From NCBI RefSeq assembly GCF_006345805.1, contig NW_021831881.1, forward strand, positions 1 to 62,658: a DNA stretch of 62,658 nt, read 5' to 3'. Below are positions 26,557 through 39,665 of this stretch, piece by piece. This DNA is from Octopus sinensis. Lineage: Eukaryota. Each line of letters opens with the position of its first letter. Position 1 is the first letter of the stretch. The position numbers and the translations under genes are program-made. The notes under the pieces are model-generated. The model was not told the origin of the DNA. It made no database searches and was given only the letters and a program-made list of their open reading frames with translations.

Positions 26557-27379
26557 AACATCTAGATAGATAAATTGATTGATAGATAGATGGACCGACA
26601 GACAGACAGACTGGCGGATTGCTTCTTCATAGCTCTCGTCAACTGATTTCCATTGAAAAGTCATTGATCAATCAGAAACATACCGTATGCTTTACAATGC
26701 GATCGAACCCTGAACCTCTTCTTCGCCGGACGAACTATCTTTACCACACAGCCATGACTATATGCACTTCCGAAGTTTTGCTTTTTTTTCTCGCTAGACA
26801 CTACTGTGAGTGATTATTGGAATATAGAACATGCAAGAAATATAGATATGCATTTTAGGGATAAGTCAAATTACGTTACAGTGAATTTCCCTTGACAATT
26901 TTTCCAATACCTAACACTGAGCTATTCACAGTATAGCCACCCAGAGATAATAAAGCAATTATCATCGCTTCATGAAATAGAATATTTTTTGCTGGAATTC
27001 CATTTATATTTTGCAGAAATGCACTTATAAAGACTGTATACTTGAAAACGAAAATGACAATTCTAGCGCTGGGAACATTCAATTTAATTATAGAATTTTC
27101 CTCTTTTCAATTAAACTTGCTGATATACACAAGGTTTGGGATAACTTAGTTATACCCACGTTCACGAGGCCTACTAAGCTGAGTTCCCATCCATGGCAGA
27201 TGCTATAATATTACTTTAAAATACAACAACAACAGCAACAAAACAATGGCTGCAAATAATGGCCGACTAATAAATGTGATTATGTAAAATGTATTAGCGG
27301 AAAAATGTATTATAAACGCCTTAAATATATTAAATATTTTAAAACTCACAGGCGCTGAATATGTCAATATATATGTTTG

Positions 27380-27449
<70 letters not shown>

Positions 27450-27456
27450 GAGAGAG

Positions 27457-27508
<52 letters not shown>

Positions 27509-28079
27509 TATATGGCAGCTGTTTGTCATGTATAAAAGAATTCTCTGAAAATGTAGATGATTCGAGTGAATGTGAGGGGCTGTATGTATGCATGTATGTT
27601 GTTTATGGAGTGTATCTATATATGTATAAATATGTACATGCATTGCATGTTCGTTTAATTTATATATATATATATTTATATACACACATATATATATATA
27701 GACACATACATACAAATATATATATATTTACATATGTGCATATATATACATATATATATATGCATATATATATATATATATACATATATGTATATATGTA
27801 TATATATATATATATGAGTGTGTGTGTGGGTGTGTGGTTGTACACACGCATAAATATGTATGCATGTATGTATATATCTACGCGTGTGCATGTATGTGTG
27901 TGTATATGCCCACGCGGTGTGTGTGTGTGGGACGAGCTGGATTCTTAAATGAAATTTAGAGCAAATAAAATCTTTACGAATATGCAGAAATTTTTTTTAT
28001 TAGAATCATGTATTTATCTATAAGTTAGTGTTTATCATATTTCTTGTTCTATATCTCCCTCCATCTCCATCTTCCTAGC

Positions 28080-28536
28080 ACATAAACACATACGCATATA
28101 TACAAACATACGTGCATACATACATACATACATACATACATACATACATACATACATACATACATACATACATACATACATACATACAAACATACATACA
28201 TACATACATACATACATACATACATACATGCATACATACATACATACAGACATACATACATGCATGCATACATACATACATACATGCATACATACATACA
28301 TACATACATACATACATACAAACATACATACATACATACATACATACATACATACATGCATGCATACATACATACATACATGCATACATACATACATACA
28401 TACATACATACATACGTACATACATACATGCATACATACATACATACATACATACATACATACATACGTACGAACATACATACATACATGCATATATACA
28501 TACATACATGCATACATACATACATACATACATGCA

Positions 28537-28569
<33 letters not shown>

Positions 28570-28590
28570 GCATACATACATATATGAATA
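28080..28590. repeat. (CATA)n microsatellite
   Basis: Directly visible. Confidence 0.97.
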
Positions 28591-28914
28591 GTTACATGCA
28601 TGCATACAGATAGGTCCTAGCGTTTAGGGTGTTGCTTTCACGATGTCGAATCATGCTTTCGATTTACTCATCGGGCAATAGGTTGTGTACTTGAGCGTTT
28701 CATTTACTCTGCAGCCGTTTCGACATCTTACGTGTGACACTCCGTGCACTTTTGCAGGGCATGCTGACGTGATGGATGGGGTAACATCCCAATGAACAAC
28801 ACGAATACGATATCACTATATACAAATCAGCTGAGCAGGTCGGTTAGCAAAAAAAAAAAAATACTGAATCCTCTTTCTCAGACTTCTGAGACCACTAACA
28901 CCCCTCCCACACAC

Positions 28915-29241
28915 ATGGCTGTGTGGTACGTAGCTGGCTTAGATCCCAAATGGTTCCGGGTCCATTCCCACTGCGTGGTACCTTGGGTGTCTTCTACTAA
29001 ATCTTCGGGCCAACCAAAGCCTTGTGAGTGGATTCGGTAGACCGGAAACTCTGTGTGTGTGTGTGTGTATTTGAATATGTTTATGTGTCTGTGTTAGTCC
29101 CCCCAACATCGCTTGACAACCGATGTAAGCCTAGTACTTTTCTATCGGTCTCTTTTGCCGAACCGCTAAGTTACGTGGAGGTAAACACACCAACAGCGGT
29201 TATTGTCAAGTGATGCTGGGTGGTCAAACACAGACACAGAA

Positions 29242-29288
<47 letters not shown>

Positions 29289-29475
29289 CATATATATATA
29301 TACATATATACGACGAGCTTCTTTCAGTTTCCGTCTGCCAAATCCACTCACAAAGCTTTGGTCGGCCCGAGGCTAGAGTAGAAGACACTTGCCCAAGTTG
29401 CCACGCAATGGGACTGAACCCGGAACCATGTGGTTGGTAAGCAAGTTACTTACCACACAGCCACTCCTACGCCTA
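28915..29475. mobile_element. Tail-to-tail fused pair of SINE family A copies (28915-29125 plus, 29126-29475 minus)
   Basis: Orientation switches abruptly after GCTTGACAACCGATG. Confidence 0.8.
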
Positions 29476-30178
29476 CGTGATGAACTTCATTAGCCTACAG
29501 CTATTTCTGCCATAGTATGCGGTGGATTCTTAGTTATGTACCCGGAAAACATCCTATAGCTTCATTGGAGCTTCGAATATAAAGTGTTCTTCATTTGAGA
29601 AACTTACATTTTTGGAACATACAGGCGTTAAGCCTGAGAAAGTCTATGTTGATGCCTATGGAAAATTATAGTCATTCGACAAAGATTCTTCAAGGCGATG
29701 GCCCAGCTTGCTGGAGTCTAATGACTTGGATAATTAAAGGAATAAACATAACAGGCAATATAAACCGTGTTGTAGCATGTATTTTATCACAGTCTTAGTT
29801 GATCAAGGCTGAGCTGAGCTAAACAATAACAGCAACCAAGCTTTAATGATATTGGTGCGATTTCAATTCTCACTGTGGGAGTTCTGAGACTAGGTTTGGT
29901 TATAGATCTTCACTTGTATGTACAAGCTTGACCAAGGTGGTGTTATTTTTTTTAGATTCCTCTCGGCAACATTAAGAGTTGTTCGTTGCGATCGGTTATT
30001 CCTTTCCACACCAAGGATATTGCCCCAGAGAAAGGCTTGACACCAGTTACATCGTGGGCTTCTCTCTCAGAATTGCAATGATCTGAAATAGATACATCAT
30101 ATACACCCAAGGATCTTGAAGGTCTACCAGTTCTTTTTCCTGGACTATAAAGGGTTTTATCAATTGAAGATGGAAGAA

Positions 30179-30378
30179 GGCGGCGAGCTGGCACAAACGT
30201 TAGGGTGTCGAACAAAATTTTTAGCGGAATTGCTTCCAGTTTTAACGTTCTGTGTTCAAATCCTGCTGAGTTCAATTTTGCCTTACATTCCTTCAGGGTC
30301 AATAAAGTAAATTACCATTGAAGTAATAGGGTCGATGGAATCGACTTGCCCTCTCTGCCCCAAAATTGCTAGTTTTAA
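30179..30378 (+). mobile_element. SINE family B, diverged
   Basis: GGCGGCGAGCTGGCAC head. Confidence 0.75.
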
Positions 30379-30839
30379 ATCCTGCTACGAACCGACATCC
30401 CGTTCAAGAGGAATGTTATCATCTCGGTTACTCATGCATTCAGAAAATCGGACTATCGGCCTTATGAGTCCTAAAAAGCCAAACAAACAAAAAATGAAAA
30501 AGCGGATTTTTGCCAGATTTTAACCCAGACGAAGATTAATGGAATAAATACAGTTTGACTGATTGTGACTGGAATTGAAAGTTTATCGGACTGAGTGTAA
30601 CTGGAATTGGAAGGGTCAACTATGCGACGTTTGTCACGATGAATCGAAATAAGCTATATTATGTCTACAGCTATCTGTGGAGATTATCAGCTGTTTATGC
30701 TCTAATTGCATGCATAAGTAAATTTGGTGATTAAATAACGGAAATATGCATAGTAGCATCTGACGGATGATATATCTAGGCATCCTGAATGTGAAATATT
30801 TCCTGGAAATCAAAAGAGTAACGAAACGTTTTATATTCT

Positions 30840-31232
30840 TTTCTACTCTAGGCACAAGGCCCGAAATTTTGGGGGATGGGGATCAGTAGATTAGATCGAC
30901 TCCAGTGCGTAACTGGTACTTAATTTATCGACTCCGAATGGATAAAAGGTAAAGTCGACCACGGCGGAATTTGAACTCAGAACGTAAAAACGGACGAAAT
31001 ACCTATTTCTTTATTATCCACAAGGAGCTAAACATAGAGGGGACAAACAAGGACAGACAAAGGTATTAAGTCGATTATATCGACCCCAGTGCGTAACTGG
31101 TACGTTTTAATCGACCCCGAAAGGATGAAAGGCAAAGTCGACCTCGGCGGAATTTGAACTCAGAAAGTAACGGCAGATGAAACACCGCTAACCGCTTCGC
31201 CCAACGTTCTAACGTTTCTGCCAGCTCGCCGC
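30840..31232 (-). mobile_element. SINE family B dimer
   Basis: Two cores and one head. Confidence 0.85.
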
Positions 31233-31726
31233 ATATTACGAATAAATATTTTAGTTCACACTGTGTGATTTAAACACAACTGCGTGAGTATCGAAACTAA
31301 AATCTTGGTCCTTAGCTATCTTAGCAACGCTCTGTACGAACATACGTGAGTGTGTGTGTGTGTGTCTTTGCGTGTGTGTGAGTGCGTGTGCCTAAGATGG
31401 TGGACTTCAGAATATATTCCTGACACATGCAATCTACAATAACACCATTAAACACTTCGTTATCGAAAGCACATAATGCTATCCACGTTTCTATTACATT
31501 TACTGACTGTCAAGAAGATTGCTGATCAAGGCAGGTAGTAAGTAGTTCTGTGAAACAATAAGCCTCTCCTTAGATCGGCGACAGTATTAATGTGTTCAGT
31601 AAAATTATCACACCATCAGTAAAAGATGGTTTCTACTACCTTTCACTCCATCGTAAAATATCCACTAGATTAACATTTCAGCGTTTACTCGATAAAGTCG
31701 TGACTGACATGTATATATATATATAT

Positions 31727-31801
<75 letters not shown>

Positions 31802-32703
31802 ATATATATGATTGTACGTATAGCAATATATATATACAGGTGTGTGCGTGGACGTGTGGGCATTTGTAACCATATATGTGTGCGCCTGTGCGTATGTGTG
31901 TGTGTGTGTGTATTTCTACATGTATGAATGCTTGTATACATATATATGCACACATATCTATATGGGCATGTATGTATACACACACACACATATATATATA
32001 TATATGTATGAATATATATGTAACTATATGTATATATCCATAAGTATGTGTATGTATGTATATATATATATTATTACATGTACATATATACACACATAGA
32101 TACATACATACATATATCCTTCCTCTTGCTATATATATATATATATATACATATATATGAATATATATATATGTATATATATATATTATATATATATATA
32201 TCTATATATATATATATATAATATTATATATACATTTATATAAATATATATAGAGAGAGAGGAGAGAGTAAGGGAGATAAGGAAAGAGGTAGATATAGTG
32301 TGAGTCAGGGAGTGACGGAGATAAAGATTTAGTAAAACGTATCATTAAAACGAATTATTCCGGAATACCGTTTCTGATACCGTCTGTGACAGCATTTCTC
32401 AGATTTTCCAATAAGCGATAAACTCTTCTAATCTGCTTACGCCAGATTTATGCAGTAGTTTCGAGAACATTCCAATAGCTTCCAGTATGATATAGTTTAG
32501 TTAATTAGGTATTCTTATATATGGAAAACATAATTGAAAAAGTTTGGCATATAAATTTGTAGCATATTTGATTATATTTTTGATAAAGAACGGGAATAAT
32601 CTCCTTATATCACATCGTTTGGTGATGGGACAGAGGAAGAGAGAAACGGTTCTCTGAAAGTTCAATTTTCTCCAAATACCTATTCCTTATTTGTATATTT
32701 GTA

Positions 32704-32918
32704 CCAGTGGTTGCTGAGAAGTCCCTGGTTTCGAGTAAAAGAAATATAGGAGGATCAGTTAATTATGATTTTATTGAACGGATTTCTTTCTCGGATACAC
32801 ACGTTCTTAACAGCGGCCATTCAGTTCTTTGTAAGCCCTGTAAAAGAACTTGGAAGGTTGGGCCTACATCCAAGCCCTTCGTAATACCCTTAAAGCCAGG
32901 AACATTTCCGAACCACTG
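32704..32918 (+). mobile_element. Tc1/mariner-type MITE, copy 1
   Basis: Termini AGTGGTTGCTGAGAAGTCCCTGG ... CCAGGAACATTTCCGAACCACT are inverted; TA flanks. Confidence 0.7.
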
Positions 32919-32952
32919 TATATATATATATTACACACACACATAACACACA

Positions 32953-33006
<54 letters not shown>

Positions 33007-33025
33007 ACATACTCACATACACACA

Positions 33026-33230
33026 CGAGTGGTTGCTGAAAAGTTTCTGGCTTTGGGTAAAAGAAAATACAGGAGGATCAGTTAATTATGATTTTATTCA
33101 ACATATTCCCCTCTGATATTCACAGCGGTCCTTTAGTTTTTCTGAGCCCTGTTAAAGAACATTGGAGGTTGGATTCCAGCCAAGCCTTTCTCTATACCCT
33201 AAAAGCCAGAATTTTTCATAACCCTTTCGT
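33026..33230 (+). mobile_element. Tc1/mariner-type MITE, copy 2
   Basis: Homologous to 32704-32918. Confidence 0.7.
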
Positions 33231-34382
33231 GTATTTGACGTCTTCAGAGCGTCACAAGAGAGTGGGTTCGTGTCTCACAGGCAGCCTTCGATGTTTTCTA
33301 TCCAAAATTCCAATCCAATATCGACGAGCATGTTCAACCCAATATCTAAATGCTATCATTTGTAGCTTCATGTCTGCTTCGAGATCCATTTTTCCCAAAA
33401 GGGATTATTATTTATTTATTTGTTTATTTATCATTTGTGTAAATTGCCGTGCAGATAAGACAACTTACATCTGGTATCATGGCAGGATCCTCTTTGTTAT
33501 TAAAAACAGCTACCAAATATTCTTCAAAATATTCCCTGCCACCCAGATCCATCGATTGATCGCTCGATCGATCCATCCGTCCGTCCGCCCGTCCATCCAT
33601 CCATCCATCCATTCATCCATCCATCCATCCATCCATCCATCCATCCATCCATCCATCCATCCATCCATTCGTGCCTACATATGTCGGTACATATATCCAT
33701 ACATACTTACATACAAATACTTCACGCACACACATGCAATATTTGATGGCATTAAATATACACGGATAAATTAGACGTACATCAATTTCATCTGTATATT
33801 TTCATGAAAACTTTTTTAGCGCATTAAAGCATGTAATATAGGCCCAGCTTCGCATACAGGACCAGAAGTGTGCCTCATATGCCAGCAAATAGGGTATGTC
33901 GCTAGAAAAATGATATATTTAATCATGGCGTCCAGTACCACATTATACCTGAAAAATAACATGATAGTCATATGACTGGAATAATTTGGGCGCCAAAATA
34001 TTGAGGTGGCTGACATGCAGTTAAAACATCCATCCACAATAACTTTACTTGCATATCTAGCTACAGGTTCTCAGTATTATTAAAAAAAAATGTTCCATAA
34101 TATACCATAGTTCAATTAATCCAAAGAAAACCAAAATATTTCACCGATCCCTAAGAAGTGTTGTACTGATTTCAGAACAAATTCTTCTAAATGCGATTTT
34201 GTTTCGTCCTCGTCTACTTAGGTCACTTGAATCACCGGTTCTCGAACTGACAACCATCATAGCAATTCCTCTCCCTACAAAGAGTAATAAGCGGGAAATG
34301 TTTCGCCACAACTATGCCACGCGTCTTCCCATAGTGTGTAGCATTTTAATATATTATATTCTCGTTTAAGACGTCAAGTTGT

Positions 34383-34585
34383 TAGAATCGTTAGCACGCC
34401 GGGCAAAATGCTTAGCGGCATTTCATTAGACTTTACACTGTGAGTTCAAATTTGGCCGAGATCTACTTTGCCTCTCATCCATTCGGGGTCGATTAAAATA
34501 CATTCCAGGTGAGCACTGGGGTCTATGTAATTGACTTAGCCATTCTGCCGAACCTGATGGTTTTGTAGCAAAATTTGAAGTCAAT
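34383..34585 (+). mobile_element. SINE family B, diverged
   Basis: GTTAGCACGCCGGGCAAAATGCTTAGCGG. Confidence 0.75.
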
Positions 34586-34813
34586 TTTTTCTATTCCATT
34601 CTTTGACATTCTGTTAAGCAACTTTCAAGAAGTTTTAAATCATCATTAGAGCAGTTGTATACTGTCAACTTAACGTGACAGTCCCATAAAAGGAATCACA
34701 CCACTGATATTTAGCCCTAGGAAGCATCAACGCTTCCTGTCGGCCTTGACACATTCCCTGTGTCCTTATGTTTACAAGGGGAAGACAAGCACCCCCATCC
34801 AGCTAAGCCTGCT

Positions 34814-34855
34814 TCCAGAGACTAGTTTCTGAGTCTTGCTCGTCATCAGTCTGGA
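34814..34855 (-). ncRNA. Type I hammerhead motif with palindromic stem III
   Basis: uccaga-CUGAUGA-c-GAG-caaga-CUC-a-GAAAC-UA-GUC-ucugga. Confidence 0.7.
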
Positions 34856-35128
34856 GTAGCATGGCTTGCTAGCTGCAGATGCTTGCCTAGATCTTGTAAA
34901 CATATATAAGAATTCCAGTGAAATAAATCCACTGATCACAAGAAATAGAAATATTACATTTCTAAATATCTCAGAGAGATATAAGCAGTGGTGGTACGAT
35001 AGAGCAGTTGTATACTGCCAACTTAATGTGACAGTCCCATAGAGGAGGGATCAATGGATTTATTTCACTGGAATTCTTATATGTTTACAAGGGATAGATA
35101 GGCATCTCCAACTAGCAGGCCATGCTAC

Positions 35129-35172
35129 TCCAGACTGATGACGAGCAAGACTCAGAAACTATTTTCTCTGGA
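35129..35172 (+). ncRNA. Degenerate hammerhead copy (cleavage site mutated)
   Basis: tccaga-CTGATGA-cgagcaagactca-GAAAC-TA-TTTTC-tctgga. Confidence 0.5.
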
Positions 35173-36223
35173 TGCAGGCTTAGCTGGATGGGGGTGCTTG
35201 TCTCCCCCTTGTAAACATAAGGACACAGGAAATGTGTCAAGGCCGACAGGAAGCGATGATGCTTCCTAGGGCTAAATAGTGGTGGTGTGGTTCCTTTTAT
35301 GGGACTGTCACGTTAAGTTGACAGTCTACAACTGCGCTATAGTACCACCACTGCTTATATCTCTCTGAGATATTTAGAAATACAGTATTTCTATTTTTTT
35401 TAATCATCATTGTTTTTACGAAATATGGTACACAGTACGTTATTTTAGGTAACAAATCTTCACTGAAATGAAGAGATATGTCTCTCCTTCTTTGTTGAAC
35501 ACGTGCTGTTCTTCGGATTGTTTAACACCGTACTAATAATGACTGAACAAACCTATAATCAAAAACATAACAGTTGTGGGACTGGGACCCACATCCTATT
35601 TAAACATAATATATATGATTGGATATGGATTGCGAAGAGATTTAACTTTCCCTGACGAAAGACCTCTAACATCCTCTCATAGAAGCAGATTTATTACTAA
35701 CACAGTGTATTTGCCGAGAAATTACTGTGTCAAAGTAGCGAAGTAATAATGATTTTTCCGTCGATAAGGGATATGTTATATTGCCTAAACTTTTAGTCTA
35801 TTATGAGATTTACGTAAGTATTTTGCTCACGTATCTACCGTTATATAACTCTATGTGTATGTGTCATCACAGTGAGAACGATCGATAAGCAAAAGTTGTA
35901 AGTTGTGTCCCTTGATAGATACACTGATAGAGGAGAAAATATTCTTAGTTAAATCAAAGTTAGATACGTTCATAGATAAAACGAACAGAGAGAATGAAAC
36001 GACTGTTTGATAAGAAACCATTAGGTGCTACGCTTAATAGATTGACAGATTACATAGAAATGTGCCGGATAATGATAAAAACATATACAGCTTTGGAAGA
36101 ATGGCTAGAATGTCGCGCAGACGACGTTGCTGCTTTCAATTGCAGCCTTATGTATACTGAGTTCAAATCTCGCTCGCTGCCGACTTTGCCTTCTTAATGA
36201 AATTTATATTTATATAATATATA

Positions 36224-36820
36224 TATTTCTTTATTGCCCACGGGGGTTAAACATAGAGGGGACAAACAAGGACAGACAAAAGGATTAAGTCGATTACATC
36301 GACCCCAGTGCGTAACTGGTACTTATTTAATCGAACCTGAAAGGATGAAAGGCAAATCGACCTCGGCAGAATTTGAACTCAGAACGTAACGGCAGACGAA
36401 ATACCTGTTTCTTTACTACCCACAAGGGGCCAAACACAGAGGGGATAAACAAGGACAGACAAAGTGATTAAGACGATTACATCGACCCCAGTGCGTAACT
36501 GGTACTTATTTAATCGACCCTGAAAGGATGAAAGGCAAAGTCGACCTCGGCAGAATTTGAACTCAGAACGTAACGGCAGACGAAATACCTATTTCTTTAC
36601 TACCCACAAGGGGCCAAACACAGAGGGGATAAACAAGGACAGACAAAGTGATTAAGACGATTACATCGACCCCAGTGCGTAACTGGTACTTATTTAATCG
36701 ACCCTGAAAGGATGAAAGGCAAAGTCGACATCGGCGGAATCTGAACTCAGAATGTAACGGCAGACGAAATACCCCTAAGCATTTCGCCCGGCGTGCTACC
36801 GATTCTGCCAACTAGCCGCC
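36224..36820 (-). mobile_element. SINE family B trimer
   Basis: Three near-identical ~180-bp body units and one head. Confidence 0.9.
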
Positions 36821-37308
36821 CTTCGAATATATAATAAACAGTTTTCATTCGCAAAAAACATTAGTAGAGCTGATTGCCAGCTCTTCCTATCACCGATGTG
36901 AATGTGTGTATGTTATATTATTTTCTTAATTTATATTATTTTCTTAAAAACTTCAAGAGTATTTTCAATTTCCTTTCTTTTCTACATACATTTGTACATG
37001 CGGAAATTTTATTCCCTTGCGTATATATTTGTGCACACGTGTGTTTGTATATGTAAACATATAAATACATACATTTATGTATGTACTTATACATGCATAC
37101 ATATATATATATATATATATTGTTTTATTCTTTTACTCGTTTGACTCATTTGTCTGCGGTCATGCTGGAGCACCGCTTTTAGTCGAATAAATCGACCCCA
37201 AGATTTATTCTATTTAATACAGTTCTATATTTAAGAGATGAGGAATTATGTACATTATTTACATTATTTACATTTGACGGATATTTGTCCTCATCTTGTT
37301 TATTGTTA

Positions 37309-37351
37309 ACACAACGTTTTGGCTGATATACATTCCGCCTTCATCAGGTGT
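37309..37351 (-). ncRNA. Minimal type I hammerhead motif (G12 to A)
   Basis: acac-CUGAUGA-a-GGC-13 nt-GCC-AAAAC-GUU-gugu. Confidence 0.55.
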
Positions 37352-37391
37352 CTTGGGGAAATTTATAAGGCATTTTTCGATGTTGTTGTTG

Positions 37392-37448
<57 letters not shown>

Positions 37449-37765
37449 TCACTGTCTGGAATCGAACTCGGTAGCCCTCGCTCTTAACCACTATGCCAAA
37501 TGCCCGTGGGCAATTATTGAGTGAATTTTAGGGCTTATAAATCTAATATTCTCCTATCCTTCCTTAATACCGGTTCCCATATGCTGCTCATATCTGCACT
37601 CGGTCTACTAATGAGGTAGTTTTGTCCTAGCATATATGCTGCTTCTTTTAGTTTTCGTATTTTCCAGTGGTGTTCTTTGTCTATAATTTTAACTTCATCC
37701 CACAGGGGGAGGTGGTATCCATTTATCCATACATAATCAGCTATACCCGATTTATCAATATCTCC

Positions 37766-38195
37766 TCATGTCACAGCTTTGCGATGTTCATCTGCTCTTA
37801 TTTTGTGGGGGTGGTATGTTTCGCCTTTGTATAACCTACCACAGCTGCATACGATGGAGTACACGCAGTTTTTGGTCATATTCACTTCTATTGGTGGTTT
37901 TACTCGAAGGAGATATTTGCGAAGTGTCGCATTACTCTTGAATACTGTCCTGATGTCATATGGGCCGCATATCTTTTGTATCTTTTCGGATGGGCCTTTC
38001 ACATAGGGTAGACAGACTTTGGACAGTTTATTGGCCTCATCCTCTCTCTTCTTCATATTTGGAGTGGATAATATGTTTTGTGTGTAGTTGTTGCTTAATA
38101 GATTGTTACTGAGCTTGATCATTTCTTCGTGGTGAGTATCGCGATCGCTACTTATATTCTTTGCTCGATGTTTTAGGCACTGAGCAATCCCTCTC
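37766..38195 (-). pseudogene. Penelope-like RT thumb/linker and GIY-YIG endonuclease fragment
   Basis: GIAQCLKHRAKNISS...LPYVKGPSEKIQKIC...FKSNATLRKYL...VYSIVCSCGRLYKGET...R..EH. Confidence 0.85.
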
Positions 38196-38817
38196 TTTAC
38201 ACTGTATGAATGGTAGGAAGGATAGGAAAATATTAGATTTATAAGTCCTAAAATTCACACCATAATTGCTCACGGGCATATCGCTTAGTGGTTAAGAGCG
38301 CGGGCTATTAACTCCAAGATACCGAGTTCGATCATAATAATAATAATAATATCGAAAAATACCTTAGGAATGAGACCCCAGTTTCGAAATTTCCCCCAAA
38401 ACATCACAAACAAGATGAGGACAAATATCCGTCAAATGTGAATAATGTAAATTATTCTTCGGTCTCTTTTGCTGAACCGCTAAGTTACAGGACGTAAACA
38501 CACCAACATCGGTTATCAAGCGATGATGGTGGGACAAACACAGACACACAAATACACAACCGACCGGCTTGTGTTAATTTTCGTCTACCAAATTCACTCA
38601 CAAAGCTTTGGTCGGCCCGAGGCTATAAAACCTGCCCAAGGTGCCACGCAGTGGGAATAAACCCGGAGCCATATGGTTGCTAAGCAAGCTATGCAAGTAT
38701 ATATGTATGTATGCGCTGGTGTGTGAGTGTGTGTACATGTATGAATATGTATGTATGCAAGCGTGTGTCTTTCTAAGCCACTCTATTTTTCCATTCGTTT
38801 CTTTTTCTCTCTGTCTG

Positions 38818-38855
<38 letters not shown>

Positions 38856-39079
38856 CATATCTATATACCTCTCAACCTATTCTATTTCCTTTCTCTCCCA
38901 TTATTATTTTCCAGTCGTTTTTAATAAACCTCAGCATATTAAATTTGATGCAAGTATTCTGTTGAGAATACTGCTTTAAGATAATATATTTTCACAATGT
39001 TTTTTCTATTCATTTCTAAATTGTTTTTGCTTTCTATGTTTTACATGCAATATCTGGATATTGCATGTAAAACACACAA

Positions 39080-39645
39080 TCTTTACTGTTCCGGAACAAA
39101 ATGCTTCGCGGTATTTCGGCCTCTTTTACGTAATGATTTCAAATACTGCCAATGGCTACATTGTTTTTCATCCCTTCGGCGTCGATAAAATGCGTACCGA
39201 TTGAACATTCGGGTCGATATAATCGACTTACTCCACTCCCTTCAAAATTGCTGGCCTTGTGCCAAAGTTTTACTTCAATATTTGGATATGAAATATTTGG
39301 AGTTAACTCGGAGAATCGTTACCGTTCTGGGAAAAATTCTTAGAGACATTTCGTCATTTTTTACGTACCGAAATTAAATACTGCCAAGGTTGACTTAGCC
39401 TTTCATATTTTCGGGATTCAATACAATAAGTTGAACACTGGGTTCGACTCCCTCCCCACGCAAAACCAAAAAAAGAATAATTGACTCCTTCCTCCGCCGA
39501 AAAATCGACTCACTCCCCGCCGAAAAAATAATCGACCACCTTCCCCTCCGAAAAATCGACTCCCTCGCCGCCAAAACAAATCGACTCCCTCACCGCCGAA
39601 ACCGACATCCTCCCTCCCGAAAAAAGCATATTGCTGGCCTTGTTC
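39080..39645 (+). mobile_element. Two diverged SINE family B copies; the second contains an internal ~24-bp tandem expansion (39450-39625)
   Basis: Repeats of AATCGACTCCCTC.CCGCCGAAAA between SINE core and ATTGCTGGCCTTGT. Confidence 0.65.
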
Positions 39646-39665
39646 ATATATCTTTTATGCTTTAC

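Larger units (their letters stand above)
34647..35400. mobile_element. Non-coding tandem-plus-inverted repeat structure (A, B+A-start, inverted A+B) carrying two opposed hammerhead motifs; Penelope pLTR or retrozyme-like
   Basis: 34647-34937 is the reverse complement of 35049-35339; 34938-35000 is the reverse complement of 35340-35400; the start of A is repeated at ~35000-35041. Confidence 0.8.
37211..38457 (-). mobile_element. Penelope-like element 3' fragment with terminal repeat and an inverted partial terminal repeat
   Basis: Terminal repeat 37211-37570 (minus) has an inverted, internally deleted copy at ~38215-38457 (plus). Confidence 0.8.
37125..38690 (-). mobile_element. SINE family A split (37125-37210 and 38458-38690) by a Penelope-like insertion
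   Basis: The two halves are collinear with consensus on either side of the insert. Confidence 0.75.

Noticed and set aside
26876-27082. Hydrophobic ORF resembling a membrane protein
   Set aside because: AT-rich bias explains the composition; splice signals are weak and no family is recognised
28640-28740. CCGATGA...GAAA motifs
   Set aside because: No valid stem II or UH cleavage triplet
33215-33255. CTGAAGA...GAAA on the minus strand
   Set aside because: Spans a MITE junction and stem I is absent
33088-33774. 228-aa ORF
   Set aside because: Composite of a MITE, unique sequence and (ATCC)n; no recognisable domain
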